From Selaginella moellendorffii (Eukaryota; Plantae; Lycopodiophyta): 64,000 bases of DNA. The stretch spans positions 947,150-1,011,149 of the forward strand of contig NW_003314271.1 of assembly GCF_000143415.4 (NCBI RefSeq), given 5' to 3'. Positions within the stretch are counted from its first letter, which is position 1, and every line of letters begins with the position of its first letter. A program made the translations under genes and the position numbers. The notes under the pieces were generated by a model. It was given only the letters and a program-made list of their open reading frames with translations. It ran no database searches and was not told where the DNA came from. This document shows, one piece after another, positions 62,858 to 64,000 of the stretch.

Positions 62858-64000
62858 GTTGCGAATATGACTTCGGGTATCGAAAGTTACAAGTCGGCCA
62901 GTCCTTTTGGATATTCTTTCCTTACTACCACAACGGTAGAAGGTCGGTATTGCTGGACCCTTCATTAGTCCCTCTTGTGCTAGTGGAGTTACCTGGGCAT
63001 TTCGAGTGTACTTAGACCGGATGAGCATAAGGACGGAATTCTTACATGTTATTAACTAAGCATAATTAGCCCGATAAGGAGTTCTTGTCTCGTTTTGTCT
63101 TGCACTTGCTAATGACAAGAACCCTCGCGTATTAAGATTAGTCCCTTAATATCACTACATGATAGCTTACCATGTCTGCCAAACACCCTCACTATCATGC
63201 CCTTTGTGTTAGTCTCATTTCGGTCCTAAATACTATTTATGGAAAGCATTTAAATTTGCTCATTTGGCATATCTATGGAAGGTAAAGATTGGCCTGAACA
63301 CAATGGGGTTCATCCCGGGTTCAAATTCACAATTTAGCGCCATTCCATATTTAATAAGTTTCAAACTTGTCCCAAAGATTAACCCCTGATACTAAGGGGG
63401 GCTTGAGGTGAAAGCCCAAAGCATGTGTTCCTCAAAAAAACGGGGGGGGGGGGGGGGGGGTGCTATCGGGGGTTCCAAATGTATAGTAGGGATAATGGGT
63501 AGGTCGGGCATGGCCGACTAACCTGAAGCATAATCTAGCTCCCACTTGCATGCCTATTCTTGTTCTGCGTTTGGTTTGGGTCTAAGCCCAAGTTCCATTC
63601 CATGCTAGCTAGTGGAGTACCCATGTCTTTGCGTTAGGGCACCGGTATGCCGAAATAGCGCTAGACTTCGTTTGGCTCCGTTTTGGGTGCTGGTCCTGGC
63701 AAATGGATGTTCCAAGTTGCTCCGGGCTCCTGTCTCTTTGCTCCTTAGGTTGTATGCTCGAGAGTTGCTCCGTGCTCTGGTTTTGTTGCTCCTTGGCTCC
63801 ATGCTTGAGAGTTTGGCACCGTTCCTTCGTTCAGTGGCCCAAGGCTCTAAACCTCGTGTTCTGCACCACTGTCCTTTGAAACATGGCATATGACATATGG
63901 CATGTGTCATCTGGCATAAAGAGGGCTTAGGTTCTGCTTTGTGGTGTTATCCTATGGTAAATCACCATAGGATAAAGGGTAAAAACCACATACGCTATAG
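62858..64000 (+). repeat. GC-richer, less decayed copy of repeat family B/E (runs off the window)
   Basis: Aligns by eye with 12036-12397 and with the reverse complement of 19850-20960. Confidence 0.8.

Noticed and set aside
63442-63460. Poly-G run as a functional G-quadruplex or PPT
   Set aside because: Paralogous copies have only a short G/C run, so slippage or sequencing error is more likely.

Overview
Plant nuclear DNA. The very short introns and tight gene packing suggest a compact non-seed-plant genome such as the lycophyte Selaginella; this host call is inference. The first 7 kb is gene-dense: initiator tRNA-Met, an NTF2/SnoaL-like gene resembling a fungal family, plastid aspartate-semialdehyde dehydrogenase head-to-head with APC7, and a plastid double GST-N/thioredoxin-fold gene. 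From about 7 kb on, the window is a nested repeat region. It holds three 5'-truncated copies of the GST-N/Trx gene (one inverted), each linked to a Ty3/Gypsy integrase remnant, plus decayed LINEs, LRR fragments, an unidentified AT-decayed repeat family and a full-length decayed chromovirus with an apparent self-priming PBS. The most notable feature is a 12.3-kb DNA transposon (42226-54553) with 24-bp TIRs and a TSD confirmed against empty sites in the window. It encodes a Sola-like DDD transposase on + and, divergently on -, a long cargo gene with a ParB/Srx-like domain, a degenerate beta-class N4/N6 DNA-methyltransferase-like region and an FCP1/NIF-type HAD domain. About 20 copies of a 22-bp palindrome (ATGGCRTG-WGGCCW-CAYGCCAT) are spread through the element, several inside tiny introns, and two copies persist in a 287-bp MITE with the same ends. 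Domain calls are from motif recognition by eye, not from database searches.
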